A stretch of 64,000 nucleotides of DNA, taken from Escherichia phage T4. The stretch is from sequence record NC_000866.4. One strand, given 5' to 3'. Under the pieces are notes generated by a model. That model was not told the origin of the DNA, did not search any database, and saw only the letters and a program-made list of their open reading frames with translations. A program made the translations under genes and the position numbers. Below, one piece after another: positions 1-8,457 of the stretch. Position 1 is the stretch's first letter; each line of letters opens with the position of its first letter.

Positions 1-253
1 GCGTAATTAATCCTTTAAAAGGTCCATCAATAAATTCCATGGTAAAATATGGAATTTTATTCATTAGCCGTGCATTAGGAGCAGTGCACAAAACTCTGCA
101 TCCTTTGAATACGCCTTTTTGTAATTTGTATTGCTTGGGATAAAATTCGCTCAAAATGTTATTTTTTGCCAAAATTTCAAAATGATTCACCAATTTATTT
201 TTAATAGTTTTTGGCGAAAAATAAAGATATTCGAAAAGCTGAGTGTCTGTCAT
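1..253 (-). CDS. hypothetical protein, N-terminal part only (gene runs off the window start)
   Basis: ATG at 253..251 overlaps the stop of the upstream ORF (ATGA); minus-strand frame stays open to position 1; no recognisable motif. Confidence 0.4.
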   Translation of the reverse strand, partial: MTDTQLFEYLYFSPKTIKNKLVNHFEILAKNNILSEFYPKQYKLQKGVFKGCRVLCTAPNARLMNKIPYFTMEFIDGPFKGLIT

Positions 254-912
254 CATTGCATTCCGATTACGAAAAACTGTGGACGAGTAATACCACCAAT
301 GCAACATTTACTATTACAGCAGTAGTGTACGGTGTCAATATGGACACTATAAATCTTATCCATATCAGGAGATTTGACAGGCTCATCAATTATATACAAA
401 ATTCGCGAAAGCTTTAAACCTCTGAACTTGCTTCCTTTATTACCAATAAAACTGCGTACAGAATCAGTAAATAAACGAAAACGTATATCATCATTAGAAT
501 AACGCGAAAATTCCTTTTTGATGTTATTTGCAGAAATTTTAGCATAAGCTGAAGTATTAGAAAGAACAATAACTGTTCCGCCATCATACAACCAATTAGC
601 AGCAAAGTTAGTCACAGCAATTGATTTACCGGATTGACGTCCACCATCTAGTCGAAGTGTACAATACTGTTTAAGTAAGTCTTCAAATGGCGGGATATAT
701 TCGTTTTTACAAATTTCTTCTACTCTAGCATCAGAATGGTGTGTAAAAGCATTCATCAGGGATAGATAAGGACCAGTTAAAAATGTTCTCATTTCTTCTC
801 TATAAGCTCTATAAGTTTGGGCCATTCCGTGGCACATGAATTGTCCATTTCTGTATTTACCCATTACCGCGCTTGGGCTCGACCTTATTACAGGTTGGCG
901 GGAATCCCTCAT
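253..912 (-). CDS. P-loop NTPase-like hypothetical protein
   Basis: 219-aa ORF from the track; Walker-A-like GGRQSGKS; same orientation as and immediately downstream of denV. Confidence 0.55.
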   Translation of the reverse strand: MRDSRQPVIRSSPSAVMGKYRNGQFMCHGMAQTYRAYREEMRTFLTGPYLSLMNAFTHHSDARVEEICKNEYIPPFEDLLKQYCTLRLDGGRQSGKSIAVTNFAANWLYDGGTVIVLSNTSAYAKISANNIKKEFSRYSNDDIRFRLFTDSVRSFIGNKGSKFRGLKLSRILYIIDEPVKSPDMDKIYSVHIDTVHYCCNSKCCIGGITRPQFFVIGMQ

Positions 913-938
913 ATAATCATGAGGTCCAGGTTGTTCCC

Positions 939-1355
939 TTATGCATAAATCGCCTTACCGTAGTATTTGTACCAAGTAGGACGTTGTGCAATTTTTTCAT
1001 CTAAACGAGCTTGTGATATAGCAATAGAAGCTTCATGGGGAATATAATCACCACGGAATTCCTGAGGAATATCACTAATATCCTGGACTGTAGTATCCTT
1101 GATATTAAAACCACGTTTTAAACATTCAGCTATAAGCTCAATTTGACGTTTACGTAAGAACTCGAGCTTATCGTAAAAGAATGTAACATGACCTGCGCCA
1201 AGGATAAAAGTAGGACTGATTTTAAAATCACGAACACGTTTACCGTTAGCAACATGCTTACGAACTGCACCAAAAACACGCGGCAATTCACGATATTCAG
1301 CCATTAAGTGTTGGTCAGCCAATTCAGATACTAAAGTAAGGTTGATACGAGTCAT
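939..1355 (-). CDS. denV: endonuclease V, pyrimidine-dimer DNA glycosylase/AP lyase
   Basis: 138-aa ORF ([28 protein letters not shown]...) matches my recollection of T4 endonuclease V. Confidence 0.95.
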
Positions 1356-1384
1356 TTTAGTGTTCTCCTGTAGTTGATAGGTCT

Positions 1385-1413
1385 ATAGTATCATACCTAC
1401 AGGAGATGTAAAC
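1385..1413 (-). promoter_or_regulatory. early promoter (sigma70-like, -35 GTTTAC, 17-nt spacer, -10 TACTAT) for denV
   Basis: minus-strand GTTTAC at 1413..1408 and TACTAT at 1390..1385; followed by conserved leader CTATCAACTAC and SD AGGAG. Confidence 0.55.
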
Positions 1414-1415
1414 TG

Positions 1416-1718
1416 TTATTTATCTTTAATTGCTTTAGCTGCTTCGATAGCCGCTTGCTGAAGGTCATCCATAGACATGCCGAACTTAGAAGCAAAGTTA
1501 TCAATTTTCTTTTCGACGGCATTCAAAGGCTTGGCCTGTTTACCTTCATTAGCGCCAGGAAGAGCGAGAATACGCTCTCTGTCAATATAAAGGCTTACAA
1601 GTTTCTTACGGTCTTTATCGGGCAAATCATGAAATGAATGGGCCTTTTTATTTACAGCGGCTTCTAATTTACCTGCGCCCACTCGCGCTTCGGCAATAAA
1701 TTCTTGATATGTTTTCAT
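1416..1718 (-). CDS. ipII: internal protein II (packaged head protein)
   Basis: 100-aa ORF starting MKTYQEFIAEA (capsid targeting sequence shared with ipIII); position between denV and ipIII as in T4. Confidence 0.9.
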   Translation of the reverse strand: MKTYQEFIAEARVGAGKLEAAVNKKAHSFHDLPDKDRKKLVSLYIDRERILALPGANEGKQAKPLNAVEKKIDNFASKFGMSMDDLQQAAIEAAKAIKDK

Positions 1719-1769
1719 ATGTTTCCTTTAAATGTAAATATTTTTATTATTCTATCCTAGAATTGTGAT

Positions 1770-1799
1770 AATATATTCACAATTCTAGGAGTTGTAAAC
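1770..1799 (-). promoter_or_regulatory. early promoter upstream of ipII (-35 GTTTAC, -10 TATATT)
   Basis: minus-strand GTTTAC at 1799..1794; -10 overlaps the centre of a 14-bp perfect inverted repeat (1755..1768 / 1777..1790). Confidence 0.45.
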
Positions 1800-1833
1800 T
1801 GCTTTTATTTAAGCGTCCCAAGTATAAGCTTTA

Positions 1834-2415
1834 TTAAGAATTACCACGGGCTGCATTAGCAACGGCGTAAGCGTACTGAATATTAGCGTCTTTAAACTTA
1901 CCTTTAGAGGTATCTATTTCTGCCTTAAAGCCGCCTTTAGTCATAACATCGGCAAATTCTTTACGGAAAGCCATTGCATCAAGACCTTTCCATGATGATT
2001 TATGCTTGGCAAATTCAAGACCTGCGAAGTTGACAGCTTTAGCCAATTTATTATCAATGACCCATTTACCGGCTTTAGGCACAAACTTCGGGCCTTTCTG
2101 TTTAGAGAACAGTTTTAAATTCCAGCGGCGAAGGTCTGCATCAGCTTTAACAAATTCTGAGTCTAAGTTACTAGCAACAACATCTTCAATATGAGCAAAT
2201 TTAAGTCCGTCAACTTCAATATTTAAATCGGTACGCCAGCGAAGTCCTTCCCAAGCGAAGGCTTTAAAGTCGGAAGCCTTTGTAGCTAAGTACCGTTCAA
2301 TAGGAGCTGTTTTAGGGTCAAAGCCGTTTCCTGATCGGTAGGTCCACTCATCTTTGTTAATGCCTTTGGCCTTTACTACAGAAGCTTCGGCAATAAATTC
2401 TTGATATGTTTTCAT
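1834..2415 (-). CDS. ipIII: internal protein III (packaged head protein)
   Basis: 193-aa ORF starting MKTYQEFIAEA; 5' end and RBS lie in a 47-bp perfect repeat shared with ipII. Confidence 0.9.
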   Translation of the reverse strand: MKTYQEFIAEASVVKAKGINKDEWTYRSGNGFDPKTAPIERYLATKASDFKAFAWEGLRWRTDLNIEVDGLKFAHIEDVVASNLDSEFVKADADLRRWNLKLFSKQKGPKFVPKAGKWVIDNKLAKAVNFAGLEFAKHKSSWKGLDAMAFRKEFADVMTKGGFKAEIDTSKGKFKDANIQYAYAVANAARGNS

Positions 2416-2464
2416 ATGTTTCCTTTAAATATTTTAATTAGTAATTGTCTATTCAAGTAATTGT

Positions 2465-2498
2465 GAATATACTATCACAATTCCAAGAGAAAGTAAAC
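2465..2498 (-). promoter_or_regulatory. early promoter upstream of ipIII (-35 GTTTAC)
   Basis: minus-strand GTTTAC at 2498..2493; AT-rich -10 (ATAGTA/TATATT) 17-19 nt downstream; 8-bp inverted repeat AATTGTGA/TCACAATT around the -10. Confidence 0.45.
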
Positions 2499-2502
2499 AG
2501 CT

Positions 2503-3490
<988 letters not shown>

Positions 3491-3651
3491 TCAGTGATAA
3501 AGTTATTTAAATTTTGAGCATATTTCTTTTCATCAAAAATCTTTTGCTGTCTGCGTAACCGCCATGGCATTTCAATGAACATACGCCATATCCCTAGATA
3601 ATACCGCTGCTGTAAAAATATTAACAAGTATAGTTAAAAGAATCCAATCGC

Positions 3652-3960
3652 CTATTCTGTCCATTGGATTTTTATAAAAAAGTAAAATACGAATGATGAT
3701 ATAGGAAGACTAATGATATACCACAGAAGAACCTTCTTATCTGTGAACCAATCAGCATTCGTTAACTTAGCGCGACCATTTTGAATACACACGAATTTAT
3801 CATCTGTTACAGTAAATGGCTTAGCTGCTTGATATCCCATTCTAAACTCCCTAATTAATCGTTTCTTTGTATCTTCGGAACAACCATTCCAATCAACTCT
3901 ATCAACTGGAATGCCATCATCCCCATCATCTAAATCATACCAGCGAGTTTTTAAAATCAT
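3652..3960 (-). CDS. hypothetical early protein with C-terminal hydrophobic segment (T4 e.2 position)
   Basis: 102-aa ORF; C-terminal LLWYIISLPISSFVFYFFI looks like a transmembrane helix. Confidence 0.55.
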   Translation of the reverse strand: MILKTRWYDLDDGDDGIPVDRVDWNGCSEDTKKRLIREFRMGYQAAKPFTVTDDKFVCIQNGRAKLTNADWFTDKKVLLWYIISLPISSFVFYFFIKIQWTE

Positions 3961-4319
3961 TTAATTTTCCTGCAATCAATCACAAACTCTTTCATTGATT
4001 CATTTTCAATATAAGACATGTAGCTATTATATTCTTTTAATTGTATTTTGTAATCCTTTTTTCTTTGCCAATTTATTTTAAAATTATCATAATGAAAATA
4101 TAAAATGATACCAAAGAATGAAAACAATGAAATAATTTTAGTATAACAAAGCTCGCTCCAAACTTCTATTATATCTACTGTACCACTGATTTTTAAAATA
4201 AAACAGTCAATTAATAGTCCAATAAGACTACCTGTAAGAGCTGCAGCCAACGCCACAGCAAAAATTAAAAATGACTCAGAAAACGAATATTTGACTTTAT
4301 TTAGCTTTGGCTTTTGCAT
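3957..4319 (-). CDS. hypothetical small membrane protein (T4 e.3 position)
   Basis: 120-aa ORF with two hydrophobic helices; ATGA overlap with the upstream ORF. Confidence 0.55.
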   Translation of the reverse strand: MQKPKLNKVKYSFSESFLIFAVALAAALTGSLIGLLIDCFILKISGTVDIIEVWSELCYTKIISLFSFFGIILYFHYDNFKINWQRKKDYKIQLKEYNSYMSYIENESMKEFVIDCRKIK

Positions 4320-4714
4320 CGTGATTCCTTAACAAATTTCATAATTTCATTAAATTCATACTCAGCAAGTTTAAGCTGGTGTTCCTTTTTAATCTTTTTG
4401 CACTGGGCTTTCCAATCACGTACGCGTTTACGATAATGTCTTCCTTGATACCAGTATCCTATCCAATTTACGGGTACTAATAAAAATGGAACTACCAATG
4501 GAAGAGTTAGCATTAACATAATTATTACGCCAGAATCAATATCAGTCATAACATCTAAAACACCTCCAATAATCAATAGAATTACAAATGATATAGCTAT
4601 CACAGGACCTATTAATACATCAGTAGAAATTATCTGGCGCTTTAATTCATACTTCAAAGGTTTACTTGGAAGGTATAGTGATGGCTTTGACATATTCTCT
4701 ACATTCCTTAACAA
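4301..4714 (-). CDS. hypothetical small membrane protein (T4 e.4 position)
   Basis: 137-aa ORF with long hydrophobic stretches; start codon uncertain because the annotated start overlaps the upstream ORF by 53 nt. Confidence 0.5.
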   Translation of the reverse strand: MLRNVENMSKPSLYLPSKPLKYELKRQIISTDVLIGPVIAISFVILLIIGGVLDVMTDIDSGVIIMLMLTLPLVVPFLLVPVNWIGYWYQGRHYRKRVRDWKAQCKKIKKEHQLKLAEYEFNEIMKFVKESRCKSQS

Positions 4715-5270
4715 ATTTTTCTAGTAATAAATCACTTTCAAAATTAGGATTTTCCACTAATTTATCAAAAAGATCATCAACAATATTCAAGATATTTCTT
4801 TTACTAAGAATACGTTTATTTTCATGCTTCGTTTCAGAATCAACTATAAGAGTAAAGAAATATTTCTTTCCCTGAAATTTTACCGTAGTATCAATATAAA
4901 ATAAATTTGACTTTTGTAAATTACGTTTAAACCATGCGTCACTTAAACTATAAACACCGAGATAATCAAAATCGTCGTTTAAATAACAAACTGACCATTC
5001 AGGAGAAATGAAATCAGTAAATTCAACATCAAAATCACATGTCAATGAATGAATTGATTCAATACTGTTAATAAGTATTCCAGGACGTATTAAAGACTTT
5101 TTACCTCTGGAAAATCTTCCAGAAAGACTTTCATCAGTTTCATATGAAGAACCCCAATAATAATTACGTCCTTTTGCCATATGTTTAAGAGCATTTAGTA
5201 ATTGGTCTGGAACATCAACGTGTCTTTGGAACTCTTCAAACATTGAATTGAAATCACTTTGCATTTTCAT
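4662..5270 (-). CDS. hypothetical early protein (T4 e.5 position)
   Basis: 202-aa ORF; no motif recognised. Confidence 0.6.
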   Translation of the reverse strand: MKMQSDFNSMFEEFQRHVDVPDQLLNALKHMAKGRNYYWGSSYETDESLSGRFSRGKKSLIRPGILINSIESIHSLTCDFDVEFTDFISPEWSVCYLNDDFDYLGVYSLSDAWFKRNLQKSNLFYIDTTVKFQGKKYFFTLIVDSETKHENKRILSKRNILNIVDDLFDKLVENPNFESDLLLEKFVKECREYVKAITIPSK

Positions 5271-5290
5271 TCCTATTTACTCCAAGTAAT

Positions 5291-5306
5291 AGGGGCCGAA
5301 GCCCCT
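5291..5306 (-). other. GC-rich tetraloop RNA hairpin (AGGGGC-UUCG-GCCCCU on the transcript)
   Basis: perfect 6-bp GC stem with UUCG loop between e.6 and e.5; identical 19-mer recurs at 46166..46184. Confidence 0.5.
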
Positions 5307-5311
5307 TATCA

Positions 5312-5905
5312 TTATTTCAGAGAATTAATATATTCCTGAACATCGGCAGAGGTAGTTTCAACCCCAGAAATATTACCATTAAAGGTTTCAACTCGAGCAA
5401 GAGTATCTTCAATATCAACCTTAGTCAGTGCTGCAATTTCAACTACATCATCAGCAGTACTAATTCCAAGGGCATTTGCTGCACGAGTTTCACGGATATA
5501 TTCCAATTTAACTGCAAGTTCTTGGCGAGCATCATCTAACTCAACTACTTTCTTGGCGATTTCAATTCGCATTTCAGCATAACCATCAGCTTTAGTAGTC
5601 AGCTGTTCAGCTGTTCGACGATATAGCAAGCCGAGTTTAGCATGCATTGTTACATCTTGACCTTCGGAAAGAAGCTTGCGAATTTCACGCTCTTTTGATT
5701 CGGCCTGTTTATTCTTTTCAACAATAAGTTCACGAATACGTTTTTCTTCATTAATAGATTTAACAGAAGCAGTTTTTAGGTCTTTAATTTTATCAAGTAG
5801 TTTTGCTGCTGCAGCAGTATACTGTTCTTCAACAGATAGATTTTTAGCCATTGCAGAACCAAGTTTAGTGCGAATAAACTCAACAATTTTCTTCAGTGTG
5901 TTCAT
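5312..5905 (-). CDS. hypothetical coiled-coil protein (T4 e.6 position)
   Basis: 197-aa ORF rich in K/E/R/A with coiled-coil character; possible PspA/IM30-like fold (speculative). Confidence 0.6.
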
Positions 5906-5934
5906 AGTATTTCCTTAGGTTGGTATAATTAGAT

Positions 5935-5967
5935 AATATAATATCACGTTTCTAATAGATTGTAAAC
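5935..5967 (-). promoter_or_regulatory. early promoter (-35 GTTTAC) upstream of e.6
   Basis: minus-strand GTTTAC at 5967..5962; AT-rich -10 (ATATTA/TATTAT) after a 17-nt spacer. Confidence 0.4.
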
Positions 5968-6303
5968 TTATTCTTCGTCTAGCTCGTCGATAAAGGCGTT
6001 GATGGCCTCGATAATGGCATCATTGATAGCCAATAAAATAAAATCATCGTCAGTACCTTTAGAAGATTCTAAAGCATTGATATATGCTTGGTTGACGAGT
6101 TCCCAAGCCTTTTTAAAATAAGGAGCTTCATCATCAGGACAAATATCCCGCACGCCTTCAAAGATACGTTTGGCATAATCTAACACCCATTGTACAGGCA
6201 TGTTTTGAGAACGTTCGTTAAACTCTTTAAAGTCCTTAGATTCAAAAAGCTCTTCAGGATAATTATTTCTATTACAAAAAGCTTTACTAAAGTTACGTTT
6301 CAT
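5968..6303 (-). CDS. hypothetical acidic protein (T4 e.7 position)
   Basis: 111-aa ORF; no motif recognised. Confidence 0.6.
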   Translation of the reverse strand: MKRNFSKAFCNRNNYPEELFESKDFKEFNERSQNMPVQWVLDYAKRIFEGVRDICPDDEAPYFKKAWELVNQAYINALESSKGTDDDFILLAINDAIIEAINAFIDELDEE

Positions 6304-6324
6304 AATGTTTTCCTCATTTGTATA

Positions 6325-6359
6325 GGCTCATAATATCTCAATCATCAGCCTATGTAAAC
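6325..6359 (-). promoter_or_regulatory. early promoter (-35 GTTTAC) upstream of e.7
   Basis: minus-strand GTTTAC at 6359..6354; 7-bp inverted repeat ATAGGCT/AGCCTAT flanks the -10 region. Confidence 0.4.
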
Positions 6360-6623
6360 TTATTTCATATTATTGAAATATTCTTCTGCGATTTCGTCGT
6401 TATCATGGTAAACTTTAGAAGACAGTTTAACATAACTTTCAGCAGTGAACATGTTAATCACAACCTTTACAGTATACCACTGACCGTCTTCATTACCCAT
6501 TACTGCGTAAGTTTCAAACATCGGATGGTCAGGACCGATAACTTTAATATCATTCACCGTACGACCGAAATCTTCTGAAACACATTTCATAAAGAAGTTG
6601 AAAAGTTCACCGTAATTATCCAT
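6360..6623 (-). CDS. hypothetical protein (T4 e.8 position)
   Basis: start moved to the internal ATG at 6623 (SD GGAGAATAAA upstream) because the longer track ORF (to 6686) would begin upstream of its own promoter. Confidence 0.55.
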   Translation of the reverse strand: MDNYGELFNFFMKCVSEDFGRTVNDIKVIGPDHPMFETYAVMGNEDGQWYTVKVVINMFTAESYVKLSSKVYHDNDEIAEEYFNNMK

Positions 6624-6666
6624 TTTATTCTCCAAGTTATTTTCTGTATCAGTAGTTGATAGTTGT

Positions 6667-6696
6667 ATAGTACCATGGAAGAACAAGGATGTAAAC
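6667..6696 (-). promoter_or_regulatory. early promoter (-35 GTTTAC, -10 TACTAT) upstream of e.8
   Basis: minus-strand GTTTAC at 6696..6691, TACTAT at 6672..6667, conserved CTATCAACTAC leader downstream. Confidence 0.5.
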
Positions 6697-6828
6697 AGTT
6701 TTGTGAAAAAATTTTTAAAAAGTTTTAGGGAATTCTAGGGCGGAGAGGGGCAATTAAAAGATAGGATAATATATTATAAAGGGTATAAACTAAATGATGC
6801 CTAGAGAGGTCTGGAAAGGCTTAGATAC

Positions 6829-6857
6829 CAAAAAGCCCCAACCTTTCGGTCGGGGCT
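6829..6857 (-). terminator. rho-independent terminator ending the tRNA / stable-RNA transcription unit
   Basis: minus-strand transcript forms GCCCCGACC-GAAA-GGUUGGGGC (9-bp stem, GNRA loop) followed by UUUUU. Confidence 0.65.
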
Positions 6858-7172
6858 AACCGTTGCGGCAACCTTGTCGGGGTTCCACCTGCCAAGGCAA
6901 GTGTTTGTACGAAACGCCGGGATTCGAACCCGGTTATTAAGTAGTTGACGCTACTCAATATTTTTAAAAGGCCATATCTCAACCATATCCGAACGTTCCG
7001 TCAAAAACGCTACTCGGCTTACGGCAAAGATATTTCCTCGAATCGATAATTTGGTGCGCCGTTTCTGCTGTGATGTAAGAGGGCATCAATAAACGCAAAG
7101 ATTATTAACGCAATTCCTTACTCAGGGAACCATCAGTCCGACGACTTACCGGTAGCGACCCGGTTTCTCATT
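6858..7172 (-). ncRNA. two small stable tRNA-like RNAs (T4 species 1 / species 2 RNAs, rnaC and rnaD); internal boundary not resolved
   Basis: non-coding ~315-nt interval between tRNA-Arg and the terminator; contains a tRNA-like T-arm (CCGGG-UUCGAAU-CCCGG); matches the position of the T4 stable RNAs. Confidence 0.45.
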
Positions 7173-7247
7173 TGGTATCCCGCCCTGGGATCGAACCAGG
7201 ACCGCAAACTTAGAAGGATCGTATGCTATCCATTACACCAGCGGGAC
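7173..7247 (-). tRNA. tRNA-Arg (anticodon TCT), CCA encoded
   Basis: reverse complement reads GTCCCGC...CCTTCTAAG...GGTTCGATCC...GCGGGATACCA with a paired acceptor stem and canonical T-arm. Confidence 0.85.
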
Positions 7248-7252
7248 GTAAT

Positions 7253-7918
7253 TTAAAATTTCATTTTTCGACCTTTAAACCATCCTTCTGGAATTGGGTC
7301 AGTTTTCTTAATACGTTTAGAAACTTTTTCATCTAATGAATGAATCCACATCATACCGAATTGGGAATTCTTTTCACCTTTCTGGTGATTATTTTTGGCG
7401 TGAGATTCTTTCATTTTATTAATAGTTTCAGGAGTATGATGCTTATTTAGAAATCTGCTATTATTTAAAAATTTTTCCCTGTATTCAGGAGTTGACCACA
7501 AACGTTTAAATACATTTGAACCAATTTTACGATATTTTTCTTGAAGTAAAATATCATTTTCAAAACGTGACTTAAACGATTTAGCTCCTTTTAAGCTAGC
7601 ATCTTTCTTCTGGTTTAGCATTCCAGGAATATTTACATGATCCCATCCACCTTCACCGCCAAGTTTTAAATTATACACATCTGGTCTATTTAAAAACTCT
7701 TCTGTGACAATATTTTTCTCGGCTTCAAGCATAGATTCTTTATCGTCAAAATACTCTAATATTTCTTTAGAAAAATTTTCTATACCATATTTATCTTGGG
7801 CTCTTTTTAATAATTTACCAGAACCCATATATCCATCATCTAAATTTTCGGTAGAATGCACACCAATATAAATTTTATTATTAATTTTATTTGTTATTTT
7901 ATAAGTGTAATAGAACAT
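7253..7918 (-). CDS. segB: GIY-YIG homing endonuclease
   Basis: 221-aa ORF with GIY-YIG motif (KIYIGVHSTENLDDGYMGSG); inserted between tRNA-Ile and tRNA-Arg as in T4. Confidence 0.85.
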   Translation of the reverse strand: MFYYTYKITNKINNKIYIGVHSTENLDDGYMGSGKLLKRAQDKYGIENFSKEILEYFDDKESMLEAEKNIVTEEFLNRPDVYNLKLGGEGGWDHVNIPGMLNQKKDASLKGAKSFKSRFENDILLQEKYRKIGSNVFKRLWSTPEYREKFLNNSRFLNKHHTPETINKMKESHAKNNHQKGEKNSQFGMMWIHSLDEKVSKRIKKTDPIPEGWFKGRKMKF

Positions 7919-7959
7919 AAATATCTCCTATTTCTAAGAGTATTTATGTTCTCAAAATA

Positions 7960-8033
7960 TGACCCAGACCAGATTTGAACTGGTAACCTTTCCCTTATGA
8001 GGGGACTGCTGCTAACCATTGAGCTACAGGGCC
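7960..8033 (-). tRNA. tRNA-Ile (anticodon CAT; would score as Met by anticodon alone)
   Basis: reverse complement GGCCCTGTAGCTCAATGG...CTCATAA...GGTTACCAGTTCAAATCTGGT; last tRNA of the 7-gene subcluster, the position of T4 tRNA-Ile. Confidence 0.8.
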
Positions 8034-8034
8034 T

Positions 8035-8110
8035 TGGTGCTGATTGACGGAATCGAACCGCCGACATCCTCATTACAAGTGAGGTGCTCTACCTACTGAG
8101 CTAAATCAGC
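8035..8110 (-). tRNA. tRNA-Thr (anticodon TGT), CCA encoded
   Basis: reverse complement GCTGATTTAGCTCAGTAGGTAGAGCACCTCACTTGTAATGAGG...GGTTCGATTCC...AATCAGCACCA; fully paired acceptor stem. Confidence 0.9.
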
Positions 8111-8117
8111 AAAATTA

Positions 8118-8204
8118 CGGAGGCGATAGGATTTGAACCTATGAGTCGCCGGAGCGACTGCCGGTTTTCAAGACCGGTGCATTAAACCACTCTGCCACGC
8201 CTCC
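8118..8204 (-). tRNA. tRNA-Ser (anticodon TGA), long variable arm
   Basis: reverse complement GGAGGCGTGGCAGAGTGG...CTTGAAA...GGTTCAAATCC...CGCCTCCG; acceptor stem GGAGGCG/CGCCTCC. Confidence 0.9.
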
Positions 8205-8206
8205 AG

Positions 8207-8280
8207 TCTCCATACAAGGATTTGAACCTTGGACCTCCTGATCCCAAATCAGGCGCTCTACCAAACTGAGCTACACGGAG
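8207..8280 (-). tRNA. tRNA-Pro (anticodon TGG)
   Basis: reverse complement CTCCGTGTAGCTCAGTTTGGTAGAGCGCCTGATTTGGGATCAGG...GGTTCAAATCC; anticodon stem CCTGA/TCAGG. Confidence 0.85.
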
Positions 8281-8290
8281 TAAATTAAAT

Positions 8291-8364
<74 letters not shown>

Positions 8365-8369
8365 AAATT

Positions 8370-8456
8370 TGGTGCGAGAAGTGGGACTCGAACCCACAAG
8401 GAAATCATTCCGCAGCATTTTAAGTGCTGTGCCTTTACCAATTTGACCATTCTCGC
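8370..8456 (-). tRNA. tRNA-Leu (anticodon TAA), long variable arm, CCA encoded
   Basis: reverse complement GCGAGAATGGTCAAATTGGTAAAGGCACAGCACTTAAAATGCTG...GGGTTCGAGTCCC...TTCTCGCACCA. Confidence 0.9.
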
Positions 8457-8457
8457 G

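Noticed and set aside
5921-5929. Plus-strand TGGTATAAT (extended -10-like) near the e.6 promoter
   Set aside because: No plus-strand gene downstream and no -35 or MotA box; the real promoter here is on the minus strand. Likely chance match in AT-rich DNA.
6623-6686. Longer 108-aa version of the e.8 ORF starting at 6686
   Set aside because: That start lies upstream of the gene's own early promoter -10 and has no Shine-Dalgarno; the internal ATG at 6623 has GGAGAATAAA upstream.
6690-6800. Looked for CRISPR arrays, integrase/att sites or IS elements in the non-coding stretches here and elsewhere
   Set aside because: No direct repeat-spacer arrays, no terminal inverted repeats with transposase ORFs, no integrase-like ORF; the only repeats are the short promoter/hairpin modules and gene-duplication fragments described in findings.
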